Assembly: GCA_950075865.1 (NCBI GenBank) | Contig: CATMVA010000002.1 | Span: 6,173-70,172 of the forward strand | Direction of reading: 5' to 3' | From: an uncultured Oscillospiraceae bacterium | Lineage (GTDB): Bacteria > Bacillota > Clostridia > Oscillospirales > Oscillospiraceae | DNA: 64,000 bases | Shown here: piece by piece, positions 38,453 through 50,600 of the stretch | Numbering within the stretch: position 1 is the stretch's first letter | How the letters are laid out: each line of letters starts with the position of its first letter | The notes under the pieces: generated by a model | What the model was told of the DNA's origin: nothing | Databases searched by the model: none | Seen by the model: only the letters and a program-made list of their open reading frames with translations | Made by a program: the position numbers and the translations under genes

Positions 38453-38598
38453 GGCGAATGCACCACGAACCATGGCGGTCCCGCCATGGTTTGAAAATCG
38501 TGATTCTATTAGGCGCCCAAGGTTTTGCATGGTTTTCTATCCTCGTTTCGACGGCACCGCAGCATTTTTCGGCGTAATTGCCCAAAATACCTCATACC

Positions 38599-38627
38599 AT
38601 TGTATCACAAGCGTTTTAGATTTGCAA
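38599..38627 (-). promoter_or_regulatory. Internal SigA-type promoter for the last two giant genes
   Basis: TTGCAA-17-TACAAT with an extended TG. Confidence 0.65.
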
Positions 38628-38682
38628 GAGCTTTTATGTAAACATCTGAATCCAACTAAATTGCATTTATTTTCGGGTCGTT

Positions 38683-41600
38683 TTACCCCTTATTCTCGGG
38701 GTTTTGGTCCTCATCTTCGGGGTTTTGAGGTAGATTTGAAAAATCTTCCTCCCCCTCCTCCGGATCCGGGGTCGGATCTGGGGTCAAATCTGGCTCCGGA
38801 TTTGGTTCTGGGTCCGCTTCCGCTTCCGGGTCGGGGTCGGGATCTGGCTCCGGGGTAGGCACAGGGTCTTCGCCCTCCGGGGGAAGCTCCTCCCCTTTGG
38901 GAGGAACCTCTTCGCCCTCCGGGGGAACTTCTTCGCCCTCCGGGGGGAGCTCTTCGCCTTCGGGAGGAACCTCTTCGCCCTCCGGGGGGACTTCTTCGCC
39001 TTCGGGAGGAACTTCCTCACCCTCGGTGGGGAGAACCTCGCCTCCGGTCAGGTCCAGAAGGGCAGCCTCCTCGCTGAAGGGGACTGCATAGCCGGTGGGG
39101 ACATGCTCCAGACCAACGGGAGTACCATAATCCTCCTGCCAGCGGCCGAAGTTATAGTCATACATGAGAATGGTCATATCCAGGTCGGTAATGAGGCCGT
39201 CGCCGTCCAGGTCGGCGGCGTAGGCATAGCTGTCGGGATTGAAGACCGACAGGTCCCAGCCAGGATCGGCCTCTGTATCGGTGTTCCACTCATACTCCAG
39301 GTAGAGGAAACCGGCCAGCAGGTTCCGGTCCAGGTCGTCGATCTTGCCGTCGGGGCCGGGGAAGATGGGATCCAGGTCGCCGCAGAAGAGACTGATGGGA
39401 CTGGCCAGAGTGAAGACCTTGGCGGTCTCATCATTGCGCCCGCTCTCCTTGTACTGGGCGTTCGCCGTCAGGTCGGGATCCATGACCAGGCCCACATGGT
39501 CATAGGGAATGTGCGCGGTCTTGCGGACCTTCAATTTAAAGGTTTCACCGGCCAGCTCGGAGGACTTGAACGTGAAACTCTGACTCCAGTGACCGTTATA
39601 GAGGGCGGGATCATAGACGGCGGGGTCCAGGCCCAGCTCGAGGGTCATGAAGGGCTCATTCTCATAGTCCGGGGTGGCCGCCGAGGCATCCCAACGGTGG
39701 ATGGAGAGGGCGGCGGTGTGGGTGGGGGCCCAGGACTGGAGCTCGCCGGTGAAGGTATAGTACTGGGGCACCTGGAAGTCCACCTTCTCCCCCTCCTGGG
39801 GATTGGTGGGATCAGCGTCGTCTACAACTGTAATATAGAGACGACGTTTGTCTTCATCCTCGGTGGAGGCGGCGTCCTTCATGGTGCCCGAGTTATCCAT
39901 GATCTTCCGCAGGATATCGGCGGCAGCCTTGGCGTCGGACGCTTCCTGAGAGGTGGGATCCGCAAAGAGGGCGTTGATCTCGTCGTCGGTGAGGATCTCC
40001 AGGACAAAGCGGGCGCCCGTCACATCCCGGTCGGGATCGGTGCCCAAGCCGGGGACGGTGTAGAAGACGTCGGTCTTGTACTCCTCCTGGTGGGTATAGT
40101 CCAAGGGCGAGGGGGCGGTCCAGGTCTTATCGAAGAACTTATCGTAGTTGGTGAGCCGGATCAGGCCGGTCACATCCACCATATCACCGGCACGGTCGGT
40201 TCCATCGGGCTGGAGGTAGAAGTGGAAGGCGTGGGAATCTCCGTTCACGTCCTCCACATCGGTAACGGGGCCATCCTTAGTCTTGTTCAGGGCAGGCACA
40301 GTGACGGTGAGGTAGTCGCCCCAGTTTTCCGCCCGGATCCAGTGGTCCTCGTAGGTCTTGGTGGGGTCGTTCACCCGGTCCGGGTCGTAGGGCACCAGAC
40401 CGACGCTGGGGATGACCAGCTCGGTGCGCTCACTCTCGAACCAGGGGGGCTCGGCGGTCGTATCCGTATTGGTGGCCGTGATGTAGAGGCTGATGCCTCC
40501 GCGAGCCAGCAGGCCCTCCAGCTTGCCGCCGGGAACCTCGGAGACGGTAAATTGAGCGCCCACATATTTTGTCCCGGGGGCTACAGGAGGTACCGCCGAG
40601 GGGTTCCCCACCGGATCGGTATAATAGTCGGGCAGCAGGGTGATACCGGCGGACATGTCATAATCGACTCCTGCCACCAGCCTGGTATAGGTGTCTGCGA
40701 TCTCATTATAAAGATAGAGGTCGAAAGTATGCTCCTGCAGCACATCGAACAGGGGATACTGGTTGGGTTCGGGCACCGGCTTCTGCACCAGCTTGCTCTC
40801 CCCGGTATCCGGGTCCGTCTCAATGACGGTCTCTGGCTCCACGTCCCTGGCCAGGACGGGGACGGTGACCTGGATGGAGCCACCGCCCAGATTGTCGGCC
40901 AGGAGCCAGCCATCCTGATGGGTGGTGCTCAGGTCGTCATCCGTATTGTGAGCATACTTAGTAGGCGTGGCCGAGCTGTAATAAGGATCGTGCTCCGGAT
41001 CGTAGGGCCTGGGGGTCAGCTCGCCAGGCTTATAGGTAACCGTGATCCGGGCGGCCCTGGGGGTGCTCTGGAGGATGACCGGCATCAGAGTGCCGGCGGA
41101 GCCCATGGTCATGGGCAGAGTAAGCTCATAGCCGCTGAGCTCGTCCTTGATCTTGATGGAATCCACGATGTAGCCCGAGTCGCGGCCGGTGATGATGGAC
41201 AGGCTGGTGCCCGGGGTGACCAGCATATCCAGAGACTCGGCGCCGTCCTTGCGGGGAACGGTGTAGTCATTGGTGTTGGGTGCCATGCCGCCGGTGGCCA
41301 TCAGAGACTTGGGGGCCGAGGCGGAGTCGGTCCAGTCCACCATGGCATAATTGCCAGCCTTCTGATCGTGACCCGAAAGAGTCAGGAGCAGGGGCACATC
41401 GGGGGGCGGGGTGGTGGTGAAGGTGACGGTGACCTGGACATTGTCCTCGGGCATGTCGAAGTAGGCCGTGCCGCTGCCCGTGACGCCCAGCTGGAGAATG
41501 GGCACGGGGGTGACACCGTCGCTGGCCAGAACGGCAGTCACGTTGGCGTAGTAAGTCACGGTGGGGTCGCTGATGTCAGTGTTAAAGTTGACCACCATGG

Positions 41601-44600
41601 TCTCGCCATTGGGGACACCGTTCTCGTCCACGCTGCCGTGGCCCACAGCCCAGATGTTGCCGGTGGGGGCAGTGGGATCTTCGGAGTTTTCGATATCCGC
41701 CGTGTTACCGGGGGCTCCCGCGGGATCCACCACCTTCACCGCAGCGGTGTAGCGGTCGCTGTCCTTATCCTTCAGGATCAGAGTGTAGGTGGCATCCTCG
41801 TTGGGCATCTTGTCGGCGTATGCATTGGGGGTCGTGCTGGGGATATTGCCACCGGGGACAAAGGTGGTGCCGCCGCTGGCGGTGGTGACCGTCACCGACT
41901 GGACCTGGGCATCCGGGCTAAGGGCGGAGACGTCCACAGTTGTAGTCATGGTCTCACCGCCCCGGAGCTGGGTGATCTGCTGGCCATCATCGGTGACTAT
42001 GTGGCCCAGACCGTCGTCCAAGGTATGGGTACGGGTGCCTGCGGTATCGGTGGTGGTATCCACCACCTCGAAGGTGGCGATAAGGGTGCCGTCCCTGGGC
42101 GGGACCACCACCTCGGTCTTCTCGCTCTCGTTGGCACCGCTGCCACCGCCGGTGGCTGTGATGTAGATGGAGCCGCCGGAGATCATATATTCATCCAGGG
42201 TATAGCCGCCCCAGAGGGTCTGGGGGTTCCGGATGGTGACAGTGAACTTATAGCCGTCGTAGACCGTCCCGCCGTAAGTGAAGGCACCGGGCACGGCCTG
42301 ACCGTCGCTGATGGTGATGTCGCTGCCCACAGTCAGGGGCTGGAAGGCCCCAATGTTGTCCCGCCAGTAGAGCTTATAGGTGGTATCATCGGCATCGTAC
42401 AGATTGTCGCTGCCGCCCTTCTTCTCATGAAGGGTGGGGACAGTGATGGTGATCTTGTTGACGCCGCTGCTGACGGCCAGGATCCAGCCGTCCTGGTGGG
42501 TGGTGCTCACATCCTCGGCCGAGCCGTGGGTGTAGCTGGGCGTATACCGGTTGGCGTGGGCGGGATCGTAGGGGCGGGCTGTCTGTTCGCCCACCACGTA
42601 GGTCACGATGATCTCGGCGTCGGCCGCGGGCATCTTGGGCAAAGGCCAGGCACTGCCGTCGGTGAGGGGGATGTCGATGGTGATGCCGTTCACCACCATG
42701 ACAACGCTGGCCACACTGTAAGCGCCAGCGACGCTTGTAGACAGGTTCAACTCGGTGTCCACGGGGACCAGGCTGCCGTCACCGGGAACGGGGTGCTTGT
42801 CGTAGTTGCCCGAGATGAACACACCGGTCATACCGGCCGGATTTATCGTGGTGGTATAGTCGCCGGGTCCGCCGGGGCCGGCGACGGTGAGCTTCAGGGC
42901 GTGGGGATCCGGGGGACCCTTCTTGTACTCCACGGTCACGTCCACATGGTCCCTGGGCATATAGAGCTGGCCGTAGCTTCCGAAGGGGGCCACCTTGACC
43001 TCGGTGGTGGTGCCCTTGATGACAGCCGTGATCTCGGCATGGTAGCCGGGTTCGGTGCTCACGTCGATGCGAACCACGTTGCCCTCGTAGGCGGCAGTCC
43101 AGATATTGCCCTTCTGCTCGGGCGGGATGGGCACCGAGGTATCCATGACGGAAGCCGTATTGCCGGCCAGGCCGTCGTCCCCCTTCTTCTGGACCGTCAC
43201 GATCCAGGGGCCCTTGGACTTTAAGGGGTCATCATCCTTCTCGTAAACCACCCGCAGCTCCACGTCGGCGCCGGAAATGGTGTAGTCATACTCGCCGGTG
43301 ATGCTGACAGGCACGTTCACAGAGCCGGAGACAGTTGTAGCCACCACGCCGAGGACAGTATAGCCCGGGTCGGCGACGGTATCCTTCACAGTGACGGTGG
43401 TGCCGTCAGCCAGGCCGCCCAGGACGGCGCCGTCGGTGTTCACGAAGCGGCCGCCGGGCTCCGACAGGGTGGCCGAGGTGCCGTTGGGCTCGAATACCAA
43501 GGTGGCCTTGTAGGCCTTGGTGATCCACACCTCGGTATAGTCACTCTCGGGTCTGTCCGCAGTGGTGGCGGTGATGTAGATCACGCCGCCGTTCTTGATG
43601 TAGTAGTCCAGCTCGCTGTTCCGGTGGATAGGCTCCACCTCGAAACGGTAGGCATCGAAGGTCTGAGTCACAGGGCCGGTGCTGCCGGTGTAAGTATAGG
43701 TGTTCTCGTCGGGCAGAAGGATCCCGGCCGAGATGGTGATGTCGGTGCCGGGGACCAGCTCATGGTAGAAGCCGGACTTATCTTTCCAGTAGAGCTTATA
43801 GTGCTCGATGGCGTCAAAGAGGCGCTCCTCGGGGGTGGGAAGGCTGTCGTCAAAGAGGGCGGGCACCGTGATCTGGACCTTGCCGGGGAGGGCGGGATCG
43901 TCAGACAGGGTGACGGCGCCGATCCAGCCCTTCTGGTGATCGGCGGGTCGGGTGTAGGTGTTGTCGGTATAGGTCTCGGAATGGGCAGGATCGACAGGCC
44001 GGGGGCTTCTGGGGCCCTTCTCGAAGATCACTTCCACGGTGGTCTCCCCCTTTTGCATGAGGAAGCTGCCCTCCAGCGCATGGCTGCCTGTGGGGGCACC
44101 GGCGGGAAGGCTCATGGTGACGGCCTGGGCACCGGACAGGGTGCCGTCGGTCCAGGTCACGATGACCTGTTTGACGAAGTAGTCCTCCAGCACGGTGGGC
44201 GGAGTGGTCGTGGTGTCGGTGATGAGGGCGGCCAGGGTATCCACCTTGATGGTAGTGCCCACGGGCACTTCCTCCCCTGCCGCCGTTGAGTCGGTGGTGG
44301 GAGCGCTGCCGTTGGCCTGCAGAGGACTGCCGGGGCCGTTCCAGGTGAGGGTAGCCTCGTTGCCCAGTTTTCCATAGGGATCGGTGACCTTCAGGATCAG
44401 CTTATTGGCGGCATTCTTGGGGGGATCGGTGGAGAAGGTCACGGTGATCTGAACGTCAGCCGCAGGCATATCAAAGGTGACGTCGAAAGGTATGCCGTCG
44501 CCCACCCCAGTGACCGAGGGGGCCACCGGAGCGCCGGTCCACTTATTCACCACGGTCACGTCGGCATAGTAGCCGACAGCGGTGGTGACGGTGACCTTCA

Positions 44601-47600
44601 TGCCGTTGCCCTCCAGGCCCTCGGCCCAGATCTGGCCCTTCAGAAGGTCGTTTCTGGCGTCGTTGATGACAGTGGCATCGTTGCCGGGGACGCCGATGGC
44701 GCCCCGCTTCTCCACCGAGGCGATATAGCGGGTGGGATCGTCGGGGTCAAGGCCGTCGGTCTCGAAGTAGACCGTGATGAGCACATCCTCCCCGGTCATG
44801 TCGAAGGGGAAGCGCTGGCTGCCGTCAGACAGGTAGCCGTCGGGGACCCGGCCCAGCAGGGTACTACCGCCGATGGGGGCGCCCGTGCTGTCCAGGACGG
44901 TGGCCGTGACGGCGCTGACACGGGCACCAGGGGCGGCCTTGGCCATTGTGCGGACACGTTCGTCGCCCAGGAGGCCAGTAATAGTCCCGGCGTTGGTTAC
45001 AGTTGTAGACAGGCCGGTGGTGCCCACCACCACGTTCATCTCGGCCAGGTTGCCGGAGACGCCGCTGCTGTCGATGACTTTGAGGATAGCCTTGTGGTGG
45101 CCCAGATAGGGATCGGCGGGGACCTCCACCTCCACCAGGCGGCTCTCTGCCTTGGGGGTGACGGGGTCGGTGGCCGTGATGTACAGAAGGCCGCCGTTCA
45201 CCGTCACGTGGGTCAGGGGGCTCTCACCCTTCAGGCTGCGGATGGTGAAGCGCTGACCGGTGAAGCCACCATGGATGTAGGAAGTGGGGCCGGTGGTCAC
45301 GTCGTAATCCACACCGGGGATCAGACGGATGGCGGCGCCGCCGTTTTTATAGTAAAGGTTGAAGACGGTGGTGTCGGGCACGGTCTCCATGGCGGTGTCG
45401 TAGAGGTTGGGCACCGTGATCTCCAGGTGGTTGAATCCTGGGTTGTCGGCGATCAGGTAACCGGGGGTATAGCCCTTGGTGTTGGGATCCTGGTTCTCGT
45501 CATAGGGCCGGGCGGTCTGCTCGCCGGCGGTGAAGGTCACCCTGACGGTGGTATCGGCCGAGGGCATGACCAGGCTTGCGGTGTCCACGGGAAGGTCAAG
45601 CTCCACGCCGCCCGAGATGAGGGTGATCTTCTGAACGAAGTAGCCGTTCAGGTACTCGGCCAGGGTGAGGACAGCCCCCTCCTGGGCCGTTGTGGTATCG
45701 GTGTTGCTCACGACAGTACCGGAGGTATTGGGCGCGCGCAGGTTTTTCGCTCCGCCTGTCAAGGCGGCATCGGTCCCCGAGGCCTGGAGGCCGGCGTCGC
45801 CCTCCACCTCCAGGGTCAGGGTGTAGTCCTGGAGGGTGGGCGGGGTATCGGTCCAGTCCACGGTGACAGTGACATTATCGTCTGGAGTCTCGAGCCAGGC
45901 TTTGACGTTGCCGGTGAGGCCCTGCTGGGTCACGGGGACGGTGTTGCCGTGGCTGTCTACAGCTGTCACCTTGACATAGCTGCTGGGAGCTGTGGTCACA
46001 TCCAGGGTGACTACATTGTTTTCATAGGAACCTACCCAGAGGGTACCTCCGGGCAGGGACGGGTTGGTGGTGTTGGTCAGGTCTGTGACGTCGTTTCCGG
46101 TCAGCTCGGCGCCCGTTCCCTTGACTACATTGACTACGTGCATGTGGGGGGCATCCACGTTGTCCAGGATCACGGTGATGGTCACGTCCCCAGTGTCGGA
46201 GGACATGGGGTAATTGTAGGTGTTCACCGTGGAGCCCTGGCTCAGGCGGCGGGTACCCTTGGCATCGGTGGCCAGCACAGCGGCCACCCGGACGCCCTCC
46301 TCGGGAGATACAGTGGTGACAATGGTCTCGTTGCCGGCCAGGTCGGTGATGGTGCCGGCCCAGACTACACCGACGCCAGCGGTGCCCTGGACCTTCATGC
46401 TGGTGGTGTTGCCCAGAGCACTGGTGTGGTCCACGGTCACCAGGGTGGCGGTGAAGGTGTCCTCCTCAGTCTGTTCGAGGGTGACCACCACGCCCACGTC
46501 GTAGCCGGGGGCGGTGGGCATATCGAACTCGTAGCGCTCGCCGCTTAGGTCGGTGGCAGTGAGGGGCATGTCGGGAAGGCCGCCGCCGGTCAGCTCCACC
46601 TTGGCCACCTTGTAGCCGGGAGCGGGATTCACGCGGATGGTGACGTGCTCATCCGGATACACACTGAGGGGGGAACTGGTCACGCCGTTGCTGGAGGCGG
46701 TGACTGATGCCGCAGGGCTGGTCCGGGACATGGTGACCGTGCTGGTGCCCGTGTTGCCGGGGTCGAACATGGTGACCACGGCGGTCAGGTCGCCGGTGGG
46801 CGGGTTGGTGTCCTTTTCGTAGACCACATGGACGGTGACATCCTCGGCGGGCATAACAAAGGTTGCCACCCCATTGACCGGGTTGACACTGTCATCAGAG
46901 CCGTAATTCTGCAGGTTGGCACGGCCGCTGGGGGTAACAACAGTCAGCTTCTGGACCTGGCCGCTGGCCGAAACGACATAGACATGCTTGATGTAGGAGT
47001 CAGCACCAGCAGTGAGGTCGATGGTAACAGTCTGGTCGGCGGGTACCGGGAAGTTGTCCCCATTCTTGGTGGCCGAGTAGGCGCTGTAATGTACGTTGGT
47101 GGCGTTGGCCGAACCGGGGTCGGTGAGGTCCAAGGTCACGCGGTAAAGCTCGGTATCGGGATCCCGGATCAGGTCCACCTTGACATCCACATCGGCGGCA
47201 GGCATGGTGTAGGTATAGACCGTCACACCGGTGGTTGCGTCGGTAGAGGAAGTGTCGGGAGACAGAGGCACGCCCAGGGTAAGGGCGGTCACCCCGCCCA
47301 GCTTATAGCCCGGATTGACGGTCACGGTCAGGGTGAGGGTCTCGCTCTCGGCTACGGTGATGGTGTTGCTGCCGGGAGGATTGGGGATCTCGTTGCTCTT
47401 CATTGTCACCGAGGTCGGCGCAGTGGTACTGCTCCGGGCCAGGGTGGCACTGCCGGCGGCGCCCACAGGCTCGGTCACACCGGTGGGGCTGGTGGCGGGG
47501 CCGGTGACCACCAAGCGGGCAGTATATTCGGGGGTCGGGGGGGCGTTTTTGACGTCGTCCAGGACGATGTATACGTCCGCCTGGGCCATCTGCATGGTAA

Positions 47601-50600
47601 AGTCAAAGATCCGGCTCACCCGGGTGCCGCTGCCGGCAGGAGTATAGGTGTCCTGGGGACCGAGGGTGATGGGAGTTCCGTCCGTAAAGGCGGTCAGCAT
47701 GGTGCCGGGAGCGCTGCCCCAGGTGGCATAGGCCTCCTTCACGTAGCCGTAGGCCGGGAGCAGGGTGCTGCCGAAGGCCTCCACATGGACGGTCTCCCCG
47801 TAGGGGACCTGGATGGTCAGTGCGGGAGGCGTTTGGGTCACGTCGGTATTCAGAGCGCCCCAGGACACCATGTTCCTCTGGAAGTCGGCCAGTTGGGCCG
47901 CACTCCAGGCACCGGGCACGATGGGGTTGAGATCCTTGTCCAGCAGGTGGAGGGTCACGTCGTAGGAGGGCACCTTATCCTTATCGTAGTAGGTCACGAC
48001 CACATCCACATTGCCGTTGACGGCGGTAAACGTAACCTGAGTCTTATCAGGGCTCAGGGGCAGACTGCCTGTTATCGCGCCGCTGGCGGTGGCCACCGCC
48101 TTGTATTTCGTTTGGTCGTAGGAAAGGTCGATGACGACCTGGTCCCCCGCCTGGGCCTGGGCATGGACAGAGGGCTGGCCGGTGTAGATGGGGCCCTGGG
48201 TGGCCGTCAGAGGTGTAGTGAGGCTGGCGGTGTTGGCAGGGTCCACTGTGGAAGGCGGAGGCGGTGTGGTGGCGGTTGTGACGGCCAAGGAAATGTCATA
48301 ACGGTCAAGGCCGTTGTCCACAAACTCTACCAAGACCTCCACGTCCATGCCGGGCATGAGGAAGCTCCTGTCTTTGGTCACGTCGGTGGTGACGCTGCCG
48401 GCAGGGAATACACTGATCTGGACCTTATAACCGGGGGCCATGGAGGTGATGTCAATGTAGACCCCATCCCCCAGGCTCAGGCCGGTGATCTTTCGTTTGT
48501 CGGAGGACAGGGCGCCGTACACAGGGGTACCGGCGGGCAGCGGGTAGTTCCGCAGCTCGGCCTTGTTCCGGCTGTCGCCGCCGTCGTTCACAGACAGCTT
48601 GGCCTCCAGGGTACCGTCTGCGGGCTTCTCGGCAAAGGTGACGGTGACCTTGGCGGGACCGTCATTGGGGTCAACAGGCATGGGGAAGGTATAGCTGCAG
48701 GCCAGGGAGGAGCCGCCAATGGTGGTGATGTTCCCCTTGGCATCAGTCAGGATGATGGAATCCACCATGTAGCCCGACTCGGGGGTGGCGTCGATGGTCA
48801 GCAGATCCCCGGGCTTGGCGTAGAGGGTCTTCAAACCGGTAGGGTTGGCCTCCGCCGTGGCGCTGGTGGGAGTGGGAGGCGTGGTCACAGGCAGCGAGGG
48901 GTTGGAGAGGGTGGCTTCACCGGTCTTGCCCACACCGCTGGGGCCGGTGGCCACCAGGGTGACCAGCTCGTGCTCCTCGGTGGGCGGCTCCACCGTGGGG
49001 AAGACCACGTAGATATCGGCGTCGTCATCCTGCATGGTGAAGCTGGCTGACCAGGTGCCGTCCTTATTGTCGGTCAGGGTGCTCAGGGTCATATTGTCCA
49101 GGCCAGTGGAACGGCTGACCACGGTGAGACCGGGCCGGATGGCCGAGTGGATGAGAATGTCCACCCGCTCCATCTGGTAGAGGGGCTTCAGGCAGCCGTC
49201 GTCGGGCGCAATCCCGGTCTTTGTAACCACTACGCTGTCAATGGTGGCCGAGATCTCGGCATACTCCGCAGCCGTGGGCCAGGAGGGCTCGTAATGCAGG
49301 AGGGCCTCGTGCTTGTCGCCCTCCCCCCTGAGATGATAGACCAGTTCAATGGTCACAGAGTTGATGGGCATGTCCACCTCGAGGGTATTGCCGTACCAAC
49401 GATACTGGCTGGGGCTCAGCGGTGTCCCGCTTACGTCCTTGATAATAGTGTCGCAGGTATAAAGGGGCTCGAAGCTGGCATCCACCTTCACCTTGCCGCT
49501 CTGGTGAGTGGTGACAGTGTCGCTCATGCCGTTGGTGAGGGGGCCAACGCCCACAGGGTCAATGAACTGGGCATGGTTACCGGGAAGCTCGGCGGGATCG
49601 GTCACGGTCAGCTTGGCGGTCAGGTCGGCGTCATTGACCCAGCCGGCCTTGAAATAGACGTTGACCCTCACGTCGGCATCGGGCATGGTGAAGTCCACAT
49701 CCGTACTGACAAAGCTGCCGGTATAGGTCCCGCTCTCCCCCAGAATGGTGGGGGTGATCTCGATGCGGCTGATGTAATAGCCGTCCTGGACCTCGCCCCA
49801 GACATCCATATGGTCCCCCGAGGCCGCTGAGACCGAGTACACGGTGGGGGTCGTGGGTGCAGTACCGAAGCCGGCGTCGCCCACCACGGCGGTATTCACC
49901 GGAGTGGTGGCAGTGCCGGCGGCATTCTCCAGCCAGAGGACGATATTAGCGGTATGGTTCCGCGGCTCGTTCCCCGTCCTAAAGTGGACGGTGACGTCCA
50001 AAGCCTCGTCGGGCATGGTGAAGCTCCCATCGGAGGTGACGGGCGCGGTGGTCACCGCTCCGTTGCGGACATAGCTAATATACCACAGGGAATAGCCGCT
50101 CTGGGGTGTGGCGGTCAACGTGACGGTCTCCCCCTTCTTCACCATGGCGGAGACCGGAGCGCCGTTGCTCTGAGCCGGGCCGACAGTACTGGCGCCAAAG
50201 GCCAGATCGGCATAGCCGGCATCGCCCACGCCGTCAGGGCCCACGGCATTCAGGGTCAGCATATATTTGTCGGTGAGGTCCTCGTCCTCATCCACAAAGG
50301 TGACAAACACATCGGCATCGCCGTTGAGACCCTGGAAGGTATCGGCCCAGTTGGGATCCGAAAGGCTCAGGGTCCTGTTGCTGCCGCCGTTGACCACCTT
50401 GGCCACGGCCTTGCAGCCGGGAGCGGGAAACACCTGGAGCAGGAAGTTCTCGCCGGTGGTGAAGGCCACCGTTCCGGTGTGGGTGCTGGTGGAGTTGGCA
50501 GGGGCGGAGGCCGCGTTGTCCGTGTTGGTCAGGGTGGCGGTATTGGTCCCCCCTGTTGTGGTGCTGTCAGTGATATAGAGTGTTGCCGTCTGGGGCCGGG

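Noticed and set aside
38249-38530. 94-aa N-terminal extension of the 1879-aa ORF
   Set aside because: The strong RBS and signal peptide begin at 38248; the extension runs through AT-rich regulatory-looking DNA.
38400-38595. c-di-GMP or other known riboswitch in the leader
   Set aside because: I could not match the consensus elements by eye; it is kept only as an unassigned structured leader.
38868-39044. Possible CRISPR array
   Set aside because: The repeats are contiguous, degenerate at third codon positions, in-frame and have no unique spacers.
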